Positions 12,863 to 25,900 of a stretch of 64,000 nt of DNA are shown here, one piece after another. Source of the stretch: Epiperipatus broadwayi (Eukaryota > Animalia > Onychophora); assembly GCA_028023455.1 (NCBI GenBank), contig JAQFVV010000006.1, forward strand, positions 19,654,001-19,718,000. The letters are read 5' to 3'. The position numbers and the translations under genes are program-made. The notes below the pieces were generated by a model. That model saw only the letters and a list, made by a program, of their open reading frames with translations. It had not been told where the DNA came from and did not search any database. Within the stretch, counting starts at the first letter, position 1. Every line of letters begins with the position of its first letter.

Positions 12863-14444
12863 AACTGGCATGTCACATGATCTCCTGAAATAAACATTCG
12901 ATTATTTTGATGCATGCAATTTAGCACAGTAGTTTAGACTGATGAAATCTTGAATCAAAAATTCAACAATTAAATTTATTTTTAAAAAGACAACTTTTAA
13001 AATGTTCATTAAAGTAAGCAAAGCAGTTTCTTCTGGGTTAAAAAAAATTGCTTAAGTCAAAATGGTAAAGAACATATTTTTTAAAATTTTAATAACAATA
13101 AATATTAACTTTTATAAAATTTTTTTCATTCTTTGATACTAACAACCCTAAATATATCCTTTTAATAACATAAATTCAAATATCTAAGATTTTGTTCTTT
13201 TAACTTTCTGAATAGATAAATTACATTCTATAATGCTGAGTGTCATTGGAAGAACTTCATTTAGATATTTGTTTTCATATTTTTAAAATGACAAATATTA
13301 ATTTTTAAAATATGTATTGCTTGAAAGGTTACATTTGTAATAAATAATGTTAAAATTATTTATATAGTAAATAGAAAAAAGATTTAATTGTAAAAAAAAA
13401 AGTTCAAATATGGAAGAATATTTAGCATTATGCTCACTACGTCCCACTGAAAATAGATAGAAGTTTTCATCTAAACAGGTTAAATAGCTATTTTATTTTT
13501 AACACATTTTTGTCTGATATAATCACATCACTGATTCTCATCTTTTATTTCTTTTCATTACATGTATTAAGCTATTTTATCCTATATCTTTTCTACTTTA
13601 TGAAACACTATTGTCACAATATATACATGTATGTGTGTATATATAAATTATCAAAATGCAGTTACTAATGTACATTTGCATTTCCAAATGATAATTTTCA
13701 ATGTTATTATTAAATAAACATTTGAAAATAAATTACTACATAAACTAATATTTATTTTGTTGAAAACTTTTTACACTAAACATATTTTCATAGATGAGTT
13801 CTAAATTAAAAATGAAATGTTAAAACATTTTCATTTTTTAAAAAACAATGACATGAAATATGATAGCCATGAGAATTTATAAGTCATTTTAATTGTAATG
13901 TTATATAAAAATAATAAAATAAACCTGTTAATAAAATTTCTGCTTTAAAAGTTGCATACCAAAACCCACAATTTAGAAAAGATAAAAATAGAAGACTATA
14001 CAGCTCAAAGCCTTTTATTTCCAGTGCATGTAAATTCCTAATCAATAAATCATTTGATTATTTTTATTTATTTACAATTTTTGACTAAATTTAAAATTAA
14101 TAAACATTAAAAATGCTTAATTCCTTCATTTTTTTTAATTTTATGACAAGGATTATATTTTCATTATTTGTTTTATGAGGTATTAACTTTATGGAACATA
14201 TATTTTAATTGTAGCATTATATAAACTGAAGTTATGAAATTTACAACATCAACCAAATACATAATTTCAATATGGTACTTTTAAATTAACAAACTAAATC
14301 AATATATATATATTGTGACATTATAGAATCTAGGAGGAATCTGAGGTGCTGGAAAATCATCATCATCCCTAAAAAAATATAAAATTAAATATTAAAGGAA
14401 TGACTAAATAATGAATATAATGTGCAGTGAAATGAGCCTGAGGG

Positions 14445-15345
14445 TCAGCAAAACTAACAATAACTACAAGTTCACTAGCATTACACAAAAATAATAATCA
14501 TTTATTCATCATCATGAATGATCAACGATAAAAATAAATCAAGAGTCAATCTTGTGACTGGATTTGAAATGGGTCTACTATAGACTAGGCTAATTATTTA
14601 GATCTTGCCAGCTTGGGGCAGATTATTTAAACAATAATTTGGATACACAACCTTAAATGTTAATCTATAAAAATATAAATTAAAAAATAATAATGCTGGG
14701 ATACTAAAACATGTTGATCATCATCAATGCCCTCTGGCCACTTAGTACCATTATTGTACTGGCTAACTATAAATTTAATTTCTAAATAAATAAAATGATA
14801 TGTAGTGCATGGATTTTAAAGAATATCCCCATTGTGCCATACAGCATTAGAGAAATAATGAAATAATCATCAACTGAATAACCATAAACACTAAATATAA
14901 ATAAACCCTTTTATATAACAAACCATTATACATCAATCTAGCTGAAAGAGCAAAAGCTCTATAATTGCTACTGCGATCAAGAGATAAAATACAAACAATA
15001 TTTTAGGATTAAATATACTCATTGGAATAATTTTAACAATGAAATATAAATTTATTAATTAGAAACAATAAAATGAAATTACAGTCTGCTGACTATGCAT
15101 AAATATAAATCCATCATTCTGATTTTAATTAATACAAAAGGAAATCCATAATTACATTGTAATTTAAATTAAATATAAAAGGAATGAGCATGTTATAGTG
15201 AACAGGAGAGATCAACACAAACACTAACTATAAATAACTATATTTTCACTAGCATTACACAAAAGCAATAATCATTCATTCAATATCATGAATGATTAAC
15301 AATAAAAATAAATCAAGAATCAATCTTGTGATTGAATTTGAAGAC
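14445..15345. repeat. Diverged ~130-bp direct repeat pair (14445-14570 and 15215-15345)
   Basis: Both copies read ttcactagcattacacaaaa..aataatcatt.attca..atcatgaatgat.aac.ataaaaataaatcaaga.tcaatcttgtga.tg.atttgaa. Confidence 0.85.
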
Positions 15346-15362
15346 AAGCCAGTGATCTAGTA

Positions 15363-15885
15363 CAGTGGTCTTCAACCTTTTCACCCCTGCGGACCGGTTA
15401 AAATAAGGATAAGGTTCCACGGACCAGCAAAAATAAGGATAAGATTTCGCAGACTGGCAGAAGTCTATAGATAAATTTTCTTAAAGATAAGCATAATTGT
15501 TATAACTGATCAAAACAACAATGTTAAATATATAAGATAAAGTTTTATATATATATGGAGTTTATATAATAAAAAGCTTTTTTTTCAATTTTTTTTAGAA
15601 AAGTAATAAAAAATTTAATTCTACACCCCCCCCATAAACATCTGTGATAACTAGAAAAACAAATTAATTTATGAATGATTGATTAGATTTTGTTTTCGTT
15701 CTGTTTACTTTTTTTTTTAATCGGGTAAAAATGAGATGGAAAAATAAATAAAAATTGGCTATATTAATTAAAAGTTTAAACTCTTATTATTTATTATTAC
15801 AAACTTTTTATTGCCCACACGCGGACCTGCAGAAAAGTTCCGTGGCCCGGTGCCGGGCCACGGACCAAGGGTTGAAGACACATCA
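15363..15885. mobile_element. Non-autonomous hAT (Charlie/Buster-like) MITE
   Basis: Left end CAGTGGTCTTCAACC, right end GGTTGAAGAC(acatc); subterminal gcggacc/cggacc motifs; left flank atctagta resembles the NTCTAGAN target. Right TIR and TSD are degraded. Confidence 0.75.
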
Positions 15886-16245
15886 TGAGCTATAGAACAT
15901 AGAAAAGCTTAGTCTTGCTTCCAAGTGAATCCAAACTCTACCACTGTGAACTAGCAGTGGTGGGTACACTGTCTCTTGCCTTCAGTTATAACTTCATAGT
16001 TTTCATGCTGTCATAATCTGTAAAAACTTTAAAAATTTCCCTAATCTTATTTTCAATCATTTTATAGTCAGATAGAAAAAAACACAATAATAAAAAGCAA
16101 GTTTTCTTTATCTTGATTGAAAAAAGTTAATGACTCTTTTCAATTTACCTTAATCCTTTGAAAAACAACTTTGTAGCATTTTTATCACAATATGTTATAT
16201 AAGCTTTAATTTTAAAAAAGTTCTTTAATGAAAATAAATAAAAAA

Positions 16246-16745
16246 NNNNNNNNNNNNNNNNNNNNNNNNNNNNNNNNNNNNNNNNNNNNNNNNNNNNNNN
16301 NNNNNNNNNNNNNNNNNNNNNNNNNNNNNNNNNNNNNNNNNNNNNNNNNNNNNNNNNNNNNNNNNNNNNNNNNNNNNNNNNNNNNNNNNNNNNNNNNNNN
16401 NNNNNNNNNNNNNNNNNNNNNNNNNNNNNNNNNNNNNNNNNNNNNNNNNNNNNNNNNNNNNNNNNNNNNNNNNNNNNNNNNNNNNNNNNNNNNNNNNNNN
16501 NNNNNNNNNNNNNNNNNNNNNNNNNNNNNNNNNNNNNNNNNNNNNNNNNNNNNNNNNNNNNNNNNNNNNNNNNNNNNNNNNNNNNNNNNNNNNNNNNNNN
16601 NNNNNNNNNNNNNNNNNNNNNNNNNNNNNNNNNNNNNNNNNNNNNNNNNNNNNNNNNNNNNNNNNNNNNNNNNNNNNNNNNNNNNNNNNNNNNNNNNNNN
16701 NNNNNNNNNNNNNNNNNNNNNNNNNNNNNNNNNNNNNNNNNNNNN
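16246..16745. other. Assembly gap (500 N)
   Basis: Run of N; both flanks carry the same sequence taaaaaagttctttaatgaaaataaataaaaa. Confidence 0.99.
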
Positions 16746-17599
16746 TAAAAAAGTTCTTTAATGAAAATAAATAAAAAGAATTTTATAATTACCAGTATAT
16801 ATATTTTAAGACAAAAACATGCTTATTTTATTTCCAAATCATAATAAAATATTAATTAGACCTTTTTTAAATGTTTAATGTATAACAATTTTTTTAAAAT
16901 TCAAAATTATTTATTCATTAACTGTTATTTCAGTATAATATAGAAAATAACTACAAAAAAAGTGTTTATTTCTGCTTTTCCTTTCAATTTTATATTGAAG
17001 CATTCTGTGTGTCTGCACACACAGAGCTTCATGATATTTATTTAAATGTAATATAAACCTAGGGTGATAGATCAAATAGCTAATTTTTCACCCTCTTTAT
17101 TATCAAAATAACATATATATATATATATATATGCAGGTGTGTGTATGATTGAATGATGTTGCACATGTATATATTGTTAACATTAAAATACATTTCAGTT
17201 ATATATTTGGAAAAGAAAATGTATTTTTTTGTTTTGTATGTTTTCTAAAAAAAGAAATGGAAAAATTAGGTTGACTCGTTTTTTTTTTTTTTTTTTGGTT
17301 TTTTTTTTTTGCAATTAACAGATTTTACTGATTTTTTTTTTTTTTCTCAAAATATGATTTATTAACATGATATCAATCTTTAAATTTACATGTCATATGT
17401 AGTGATATATAAGAATTAAATCATGATTTACAATGCAAAACATGATTTACCAAGTGAACAGAAAAACCCTGAATTGTATAAGCATATATCTTGCCATTCA
17501 TAGCTTCCCTTATAGTTTACCAAGTAACCCCTGACCTTAATGGCAATTAGATAGATCACAGCTACCAAAGGTCACATCATCTCCACAATCCAAAAGACG

Positions 17600-18975
17600 A
17601 GAAAGTGAAAACCCGTACTAATCCCTGCAGCACCCACGTCCCAGCCCCAATCGCTAAGGACTAGGAACCAGGCCTTGGGGTATTTCCAAAGCTCAGACTC
17701 TCTCATCCAATGCCCTTACTAATCCCCACAGCACCCAGATCCCCTCCAAAACCCAGGCTTGTGAGACTTTCCAAGCACCAGACCCTGCCATTCAAATGCA
17801 GAGATGAGCGACATAGCAGCCCTGATCCAAAGTTTAAGCCATAGCATTAATCAAAAATGTAAATCTCACATGCTTACATCATATGCCATCTACAGATTAT
17901 CACAAAGTCTAATAACCAAGCTATGAATCACATAGAGAACAAAGAGATTAAAACCACAATGCATCACGTCATCTCCACTGTCCTGAAGATGCAAGCCCAG
18001 GGAGCTCTCCAAGCAACAGACTGTCCTCAAGACCGCAAAGATGAGTGACACAGTAGCCCCAATCCAATGTTCAAATCACAGTTGAACTCTTTGGAAACTT
18101 GACTATGGTCCATCATGTTTCAGCTTCCAGACAACTTATAAAAAACTAGAAGCCTTAATCCATGAGGTCCTTAACTATTGGCAAAAATCAAATGATAAAA
18201 CGAGAAGAACAATCAATACGATGAGGAGCAACTGTTAACAATACAATGTCATAATAATTGCTACGTTTAAAATCATAGTGCTATTTTCATCGCTTTCCAA
18301 AATCAAGAACTTTAATGTATATGTAGTAACCAGATGCTTGGATTATGTGTTATACCACAATATAATTCTAGATCTATAGAGGAATCAAAGATGTACATAG
18401 AGTCATTTATCCATTAAAATTGCATATTGAGTAGTGTCCATCATGTTTCAGCGATCTGATAATCTATGAAAACCAGAAGCACTAATTCATATGGTCAAAT
18501 GCTAAAATGATTGATTTGTACAGTTCAGCATTCAAGATAGAAAAAAAATGTTTAATATAGAATGTAAGGTTGAATAATTAAGCAAAACTTGAAATCAAAT
18601 GTTCAGATACAGTCTAAAACAATTCACTATGGTGGAAAAAAATCTTTTTCACAAGTGAAATCTCAGTTCTAAAATGGAAGCACAAAACTGCAATGAATAA
18701 TGTTGTCATTTTTAACACATAAATGAGCCATCCAAATCTGGTATAACATTTTAAGAGACATAGTCAGTGATCCAGCTTCAAATGCATGGATAAAAGATAA
18801 AGCAGCACTTGAAATAAATGATCAGGTACAATAAGAAACAATTTACTATTGTGGAAAAATTCTTTTGAATAAAAAGCTCAGGCTTAAAAAGCAAGCATTA
18901 AAGTTTAAATAAATAACGCTACTATTGCTAACAAATAAATGAGCTATCCAATTCTGGTAACAATCTCCAGAGAAC
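17600..18975. repeat. Cluster of old, diverged direct-repeat modules
   Basis: Pairs seen by eye: ~17750-17835/17990-18075 (tccaagca.cagac..gcaaagatgag.gaca.ag.agccc); ~18105-18170/18435-18500 (gtccatcatgtttcagc); ~18620-18760/18840-18975 (aatt.actat.gtggaaaaa..aaatgagc.atcca..tctggt). Confidence 0.65.
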
Positions 18976-19699
18976 CTTTTTCCCAGCTCCACCCCATATA
19001 AAAACTAGTATTCAGGCCCTCAGGGGTCCTCCCAACAATCACACCCTCTCACCCAGTCAGCAAAGCTGCCTTGAATCAAAATATTCCCTGAAAATTCAGT
19101 CTTTCAATAAAAATCTCTTAGAAAATTTACGTGGCTGTCAGTTATTTTTAGCAGTGTTCCAAAGAAATATTTTAATCAAGCTTACTTGTTGTCTGATGGT
19201 GCCATAATTCTTGTGTATAAAGTAACCTAAAAGGTTACTCTGGTCAATTGGAAACCTTTTAGAGAAAAAAAATTTTTCTCTAAAATATAATTTAGGGAAC
19301 TAAAACAGGGAGTCACTAACAGAGTAAACTGGAGTCCCTGGAAGTCTTTTACAAAACATTTGGAAAAATACAGTTTCACTGGGACATGAATTATTTCATC
19401 TTGTCTTTCAGGGTAATTAAGTTTTCTTGCCTGATTTTAATCTTGATAAGTTTTTACAGATTGGTAAATTAAGAATTAGTCAACTGGTATATTTTCTTTT
19501 CCAGCAAAAGTGAGTCTGGGGAATTAATTAAAATGTTCTAAAATAATAAGAGTAAAGAAAAAACTCTAGACATTATAGCTGGAGGGATGACTAAATATGA
19601 TTTCTTAGTTTTTTGCTGAGTAAGATTTTTTTTTAATTTCTAGGCTTATAAATACTGGGTGATAGTTTCTCTTTTAAGACTCATTCTCTCTAATATACC

Positions 19700-19960
19700 A
19701 TTGAATGTAAGCAGATGTCATGTATTACCATTGTTTTTGAGTAGGACAAGCTTAGCCTTCCTTTTGGAAGATCTCTGGAGGGGGTGCATCTTTGGTGTAG
19801 TAAAACCTATTGATTCTATGATGCTGCTGCCAAGAAGGGGAGAATGTACTAGCTTCAAGTCCAGCCCTTTCCTGTGTCCAGTAAGCCAAGAGCCTGCCCA
19901 GAAATAAGTTTTAACTTGTAAGAAGACAGTTGTACCATCCTGCCTCATCAAAGTAATCAT
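19700..19960 (-). mobile_element. Possible LTR-retrotransposon aspartic protease remnant
   Basis: A minus-strand frame reads QALGLLDTG at ~19870-19897, matching the retropepsin (L/I)LDTG motif. The surrounding frame has stops. Confidence 0.4.
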
Positions 19961-22890
19961 CGAACGGCCTCCAAATGCAAGTATGAACTTTTAATCTTTA
20001 AAGATAAAATATTTTAAATGCCTTCTATAAAAACTCTATAATGTCTAGATTTAAATTCCTCAGATTCATAACTACTCAGTAAAAAAACTTGATCCCAAAG
20101 GAAAATGTAATTTAAAAAGACATTAATATATACATGAGTGTAGTAACTTTTATAATAAGTCAGACTATGTCAGAACTTAATTCCTAATTGTTATTGGAAC
20201 AAAATTCTATAAACTTTATAAATACAATTTTTTATTATTTATTTTGAAATATACCATGTCTTTTTTCTTTAGTTATAAAAATATATACTTTATTGATTAA
20301 CTTTATATTATATTGGTATGCCAATTCACAAGTATTTGGAGAGATGATATTTTAATATTTGATCAATTAATGCATAAGTGTTTGTCTTGTCTCCCACCTT
20401 TAGGTTGAAAATAATAATTATTTTATAACTTTAAAGTAACAAATGCAAGCTTGAATTTCTTAATCATTCATCCAAATCCTTGTGAGTTAAAATGGTGTCA
20501 TTTGTTTGATTAAAAAAAAAAAATGAAAATCAAATATCTGAATTAAAACTTTCAATCTATTGGTATTGTAACCTTTATAAATGGAAGAAAGAGAGATGAT
20601 GAGGGGAGTTAGGTGGCGGAAAAAAGGATAAAAATGATGAAGGAATAAGATAAGATACGAAAGAAAGGAAGAGAAAGAAATGAAAAATGATATGATAGAG
20701 GGTGCTAATTGTAACCTTTTAATGAAATGATGAGATGGGGGTAGGTAATGATGATGAAGACATAAGATAAGATGGAGATGAAGATAAGATGAAATGAAGA
20801 GGGAGATGATGTGATAAGAGACCAAAATGATAGAATGAAAAAATAAAATGATGAAGATAATGATAAACTAAATATCCTAATCTAATCTATTAGAGACTCC
20901 TAATGACTTGGCTCAGTGGGGTTACAATAAAATCAAGGATTAATAATGATCCAGAGATATACAATCGGACAGACCAAATTGAACATCACTGCAAACAACC
21001 ATTGTGGCATATTCATAATTTATCATAAATAATATAAAAGACGATTTAAATCATTATTTAAGTTAGTAGAATCAGCCTATTATCAAATCATACACTCTGA
21101 ATAAAGCAAATGATACTTTGTTGGAAGGACTATTTCACTAAATTATTATTAACAAGGCAACAAGAGTAAACACTCTCAGGGGTTTTAAAACTAAACTCTT
21201 GTGCAAGATAAAACTTTAAGTTGCCTACTAAATGATTGCTTGGATGAATAAACAAATGAGTGATATCTTTTATTTAATCTAAATTTAGACTAATTATGGC
21301 CTATTACCCAAGACATCACTCAAGCTGGGAAAAGGACAAAGGATACTTTTTATGCCTTTCCACATACTCACAGACAACCTACTAATGACATTAAATGCGG
21401 ATGGATTTTAAAATTTTAAAAATATACAAAATAATGTAAGATAATGTGCAGCTTTTAAAATAAATTCATAATGGGTTTTTTTCAATAATAAGGCTTTCTA
21501 CCTTTGTCCTTTATTCCATATGGATAGTGAGATGCAAAAGTCTCATGGAATTACCCCCGCCACAAATCATACCATTGTTCTATCAAACGCTCAAAAAAAT
21601 CAAAAAACGTGACCAGCTCCTTGCCTCCAGTAAAGTCTTTGCTGACACCTGGTCTTTAATTGCTCTTTCCTTTTCCTGATTATCAATTCCCACCTACCCA
21701 GCATTATAGAATAGTCATTTATAAAAGAAAATATTCATGTTTATATTAAAAATGCTAATACCATTAAACAAGTTCTTTGAATCTCTTCACTATATCTAAC
21801 CACATAAGAGTATAACATTGTGCTCTCATAACATAATCTAGCCAGATGACATATAGAACATTATATAATCATATTATTGTACAATTTATTCATTTATTTA
21901 TCCTTTATTAGTATGTAATCACTATTTATTGTTAATAAAATTTTTATTGAAATGAAATAGTAAAATATACTTCTGAATCACTAATATTCTTCATCTCACA
22001 TTGCATAATCTTCAGTCTAAAAAGATGTAATAATAACTTGAAAATCAATTTTAAAATGAGCATTCAATTAAGTATCTGTAATTATCTGTTACTGTGGTTC
22101 AATCTGGGGAATCACCAAGATTAGCATGGCTTTATATAATTTAAACCAGTATAAAAATATATTTTATATACTTTATGAAATTTTTGTGAACCTTTGGAAT
22201 TCAAGACAATATTTCATCTAAAAGAAAAACAAACAGAAACGAAACTTTTTAAATAATAAATTTGGTTTATTAATAACAATAAAGAATAAATATTTACAAA
22301 AAATAAATTACTGGAACAAACACTGCCGAGATAGCGCTGTTATTTTTTTTTAAACATTTTGTGTAACAATCTTTGTTTTGACTTATAGAAACTATAATAT
22401 TTTATTTGATTAAAGCTACTGATTATTCCTCTTTAACCTTTTTTTTAAACTGTTTACTTTGATAAACACAAAATAAATAAATAAAAGAGTAAACAGAGGC
22501 TATTTAATTCTATCCACATAATCTCCTTAAATAATTAAAAATTCTAAATCTCTTTATTATAATTATGGAGGTATGAGCTTAACAAACATAACCTTAAGTT
22601 TAATTGAAACATTTCATAATACTGTGGTGTTCTTTAACAACCAGAATAATACACTAATAGATTTATATTGTATACCATAAGCTAAGCAAAAGCTAAGCTG
22701 GGACTAGCATATACAGCATATATTTTAAATTATCATTAGTTACACGGACACTATTAATATTATAGATAGTGATGCATTTGAATAAATCTAAGCTAACTTT
22801 AAATTAAATTAGATGCATGGGGCATTCATCAGAGGTCATTTATACACATATTTTCAATAAATTCTGTCCACATAAAATTATTAAACCAAA

Positions 22891-22948
22891 TGTCCCAACT
22901 CCTCACTGAAGAGACCCATAGGTCAAAACCGGTCTGAGGATGGGGACA
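22891..22948 (+). ncRNA. Minimal type-I hammerhead ribozyme fold with G12A substitution (Penelope/retrozyme type)
   Basis: tcctca-CTGAAGA-GACC(cata)GGTC-aAAA-CCGG-TC-tgagga. Stem I tcctca/tgagga extended by tgtccc/gggaca, 4-bp stem II, palindromic loop III, GUC cleavage triplet ending at 22934. Confidence 0.8.
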
Positions 22949-25900
22949 ATCCAAGATAAAAATGATTTGAATGTCTTCTCTTGTAGTAGCATTTATCATA
23001 AATAAATAAAAAGCTTGTTTAGAGCTATTAGCACGCTCTTAATTTTACATATTTGTAAGTGCAAGCTATATATAAGTCATGTGACATCTGACTTGTTATT
23101 ATTACTATTAAACCAAATGTTGTAAAATTAGAATTTAAAAGACTTACAATTCCAGCGGTGAAAAACTCTGGATGAACATATTAAACTTAGTATGTGTGAA
23201 TGGCCATTTATAACCATATGCATAATCTACATACCCAAAATTAAATATAAATTATTGTTGGTTGGTTTGTGGATGATAAAACTATCATAACAACATAATT
23301 CAGACATTGATATACCTTTAAGCTAAATACAACCTGAAGAAACAAAGTACCTCAAAAAAACATATCTTGTCATTACATATTTAAAAACAAATGCAACATC
23401 ATTACTGTGGTGGAAATAGCATTAATATATCATGAGTGATAGGCCAAAATAAATACATATATGCTCCGCAGAGCTGAACAACTTCCTAAAAATGTGGTGG
23501 CTTCCAAAAATACTTATCTTTGAGGCAGAAAATAGGGTGCCTGTACCTTGTTTCAGCACATCAGGAACAGGAAAGACGCACCAGAAAAGTAGGATCCTCT
23601 CCATGGCATCTAAACACTTTCAAAATATGTGATTACAATCACTAGAAATACAATATCTAATACATAATAATCCTCAATGGGAATGAGCATCATCATCTCA
23701 TGGAAAGGCACTAGAATAAGGATGGAGGACCTTGTCTACACCAAAATATAATAAAGACTTGCTCTATGAGGCTAACAAATACTTAACTAATAACAAGACA
23801 TAAACATCATTTTAACTAAGTCATCATTAAAAAATTTTAAAATACAACACATATACTCAATGTCATAACCAACAATGCAAACTATGTCAACCGACTATAT
23901 AAGAACTACTTAAAAATTAAATGCATATAAAAATTCTAGGCAAAGATACAATGCACACATAATAAAATATCAAATATTGAAATATAGTGACTAGTGGACA
24001 TTTAAAAGATTGTGAATTAATTGTGAGAGAATTAATTCTCAATGCGTATATAAAAATATTTGTGGTTATTATTAATGTAGCATTTATAAAACAAATGAAT
24101 GGAAACCCTCTGATAAACCTCTTTGGCTGATTTATACAAAACTGAGTGAAATACCACACATTTAAATAAGCTAAGAATGAGATATTAAAATCTTCAGGGA
24201 TAAAAATTATTAAATATACATTAACTTATGAGATGCTTAACAAATACAATAATACTAATATTATTACCTGAGAATAGTAGAATATCTACTCATTCTAATA
24301 AACCCATTAAAACCAAAATTATATAATTTAAATTACCTGGAATATTTATACCAATAGTGTTACACATATTTATAAAATAAATATTGCATAAATATTTTTC
24401 TGGATTTCTTTTTTTTTTTTAAACCAATAAAACAAACAAAATAAAAATACAATAACTTTAGTTCATAGCTACAGCTTCCTCCATATTGGCTTTTCTGTTA
24501 AATACGTGTATATCATTCATTGAATACTATTTATCTGACAGCACAAAGCTTCTGGCCTAAACATTTAATTTAAACATGGCAAAGATTTCCAAACAAAACA
24601 TATTTAATGGTTCTTTAAAGTTAATGCAATTTCTTCCTTTAAAGATATTTTGAGTTCAAATAAGCACTATAATAAAACATGATACTAATACTAATAAAAA
24701 TAATAAAATGAGCCGGCGACCGAATGGAAGTAAAACAAATGATTCAGCTGATAATATTACTATGGGATCCCGCGTTTACTTAAACAATAATATAGCTTCA
24801 ATTTCATTCTATTTCTTTTTTTTAAAAGAACACATTTCGAAGCAGTTTTTTTTTTTTAAATCTACTCACAATATTTTTTTAAAGATGTTTCTAAATAATT
24901 TTTCTGTACTCTTCTTAAAATAATAGTGGAAACATTTTACAAATAGGAAATTCAATCTGTCCAATGAGTTAGAAATAATTGTCATAAATTTCACATATAG
25001 ATTTAAGCAAATATTTCTCAGTTCATTATAACTATACTTTAAAATCTAATAGATAAAAGTTCTTCCTTAAATAATTGCAGTTTATATTTTTATAACTATT
25101 TCAGAAGCAGATAATTAATATAACAAAGAATATCTTGGAGTTAATATCAGGCATCATTAATATAATATAGGTACTTGAAATCAGCTATAAACAAACTTAA
25201 AACAAGGATATTGAAGCTTTTCAAGTATATAATTAAATCACTATACATATTTTTAAACTTTCCTCGTTTAAATTTTCTTTTATCTAATAAATAACTGAGT
25301 AATTTTTGACTATAAAGTTTGGTGCAGTAACAGTCCTTTAGCTATAAATATATTAATTGTCTATATCTTAAATTCATTTCACGGAAGATATAATTTATAC
25401 GATTAATAGAGAAGATAGCTCATATAAAATTTCCTTTTAACATTTCTACAATAGTTTAAAGAGAATTAACTGAAAGTCAATGACAAGAATATGGGTTACC
25501 TCTTCTCCTTTTAGCAGTCACACATTATAATCTTGGAGTAATTAAATATACAATTTAACATACTTTTGTTTAAAAAAATAATAAACTTTAAAAATAATTA
25601 CAACTTATTTTAGAAGAAAGATTTCAGGAAACTTTAGGATTCAAATCTTAATACAGTAAAACTTTCCTATATATATCCTTATTCTTTTTTTCTTCCCAAA
25701 ATTTTTTTCATGTCAATTTATCTTAACACTTTAATAGATCACTTTCGTTATTGGTCAAGTGAAGTAAAACTCTGAAACTTTTAATTGGTCAAGTGAGAAA
25801 CTTTTTGATACAAATATTTTCATCTTTTAATATATATTAATTTTAGTTTCATTTTCAAAAAGTATATTAATTATTTGTATTTTATAGATATATTCAAAAG

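Noticed and set aside
16228-16761. 177-aa ORF
   Set aside because: It is the N gap translated as X.
20487-20825. 112-aa His/Ser/Ile/Leu-rich ORF
   Set aside because: Reverse complement of a purine-rich (GAT/GAA) low-complexity tract; no domain signal.
23148-23333. 186-bp minus-strand exon candidate (good acceptor and GTAAGT donor)
   Set aside because: Stops in all three frames; only a 34-codon sub-segment is open and I recognise no family.
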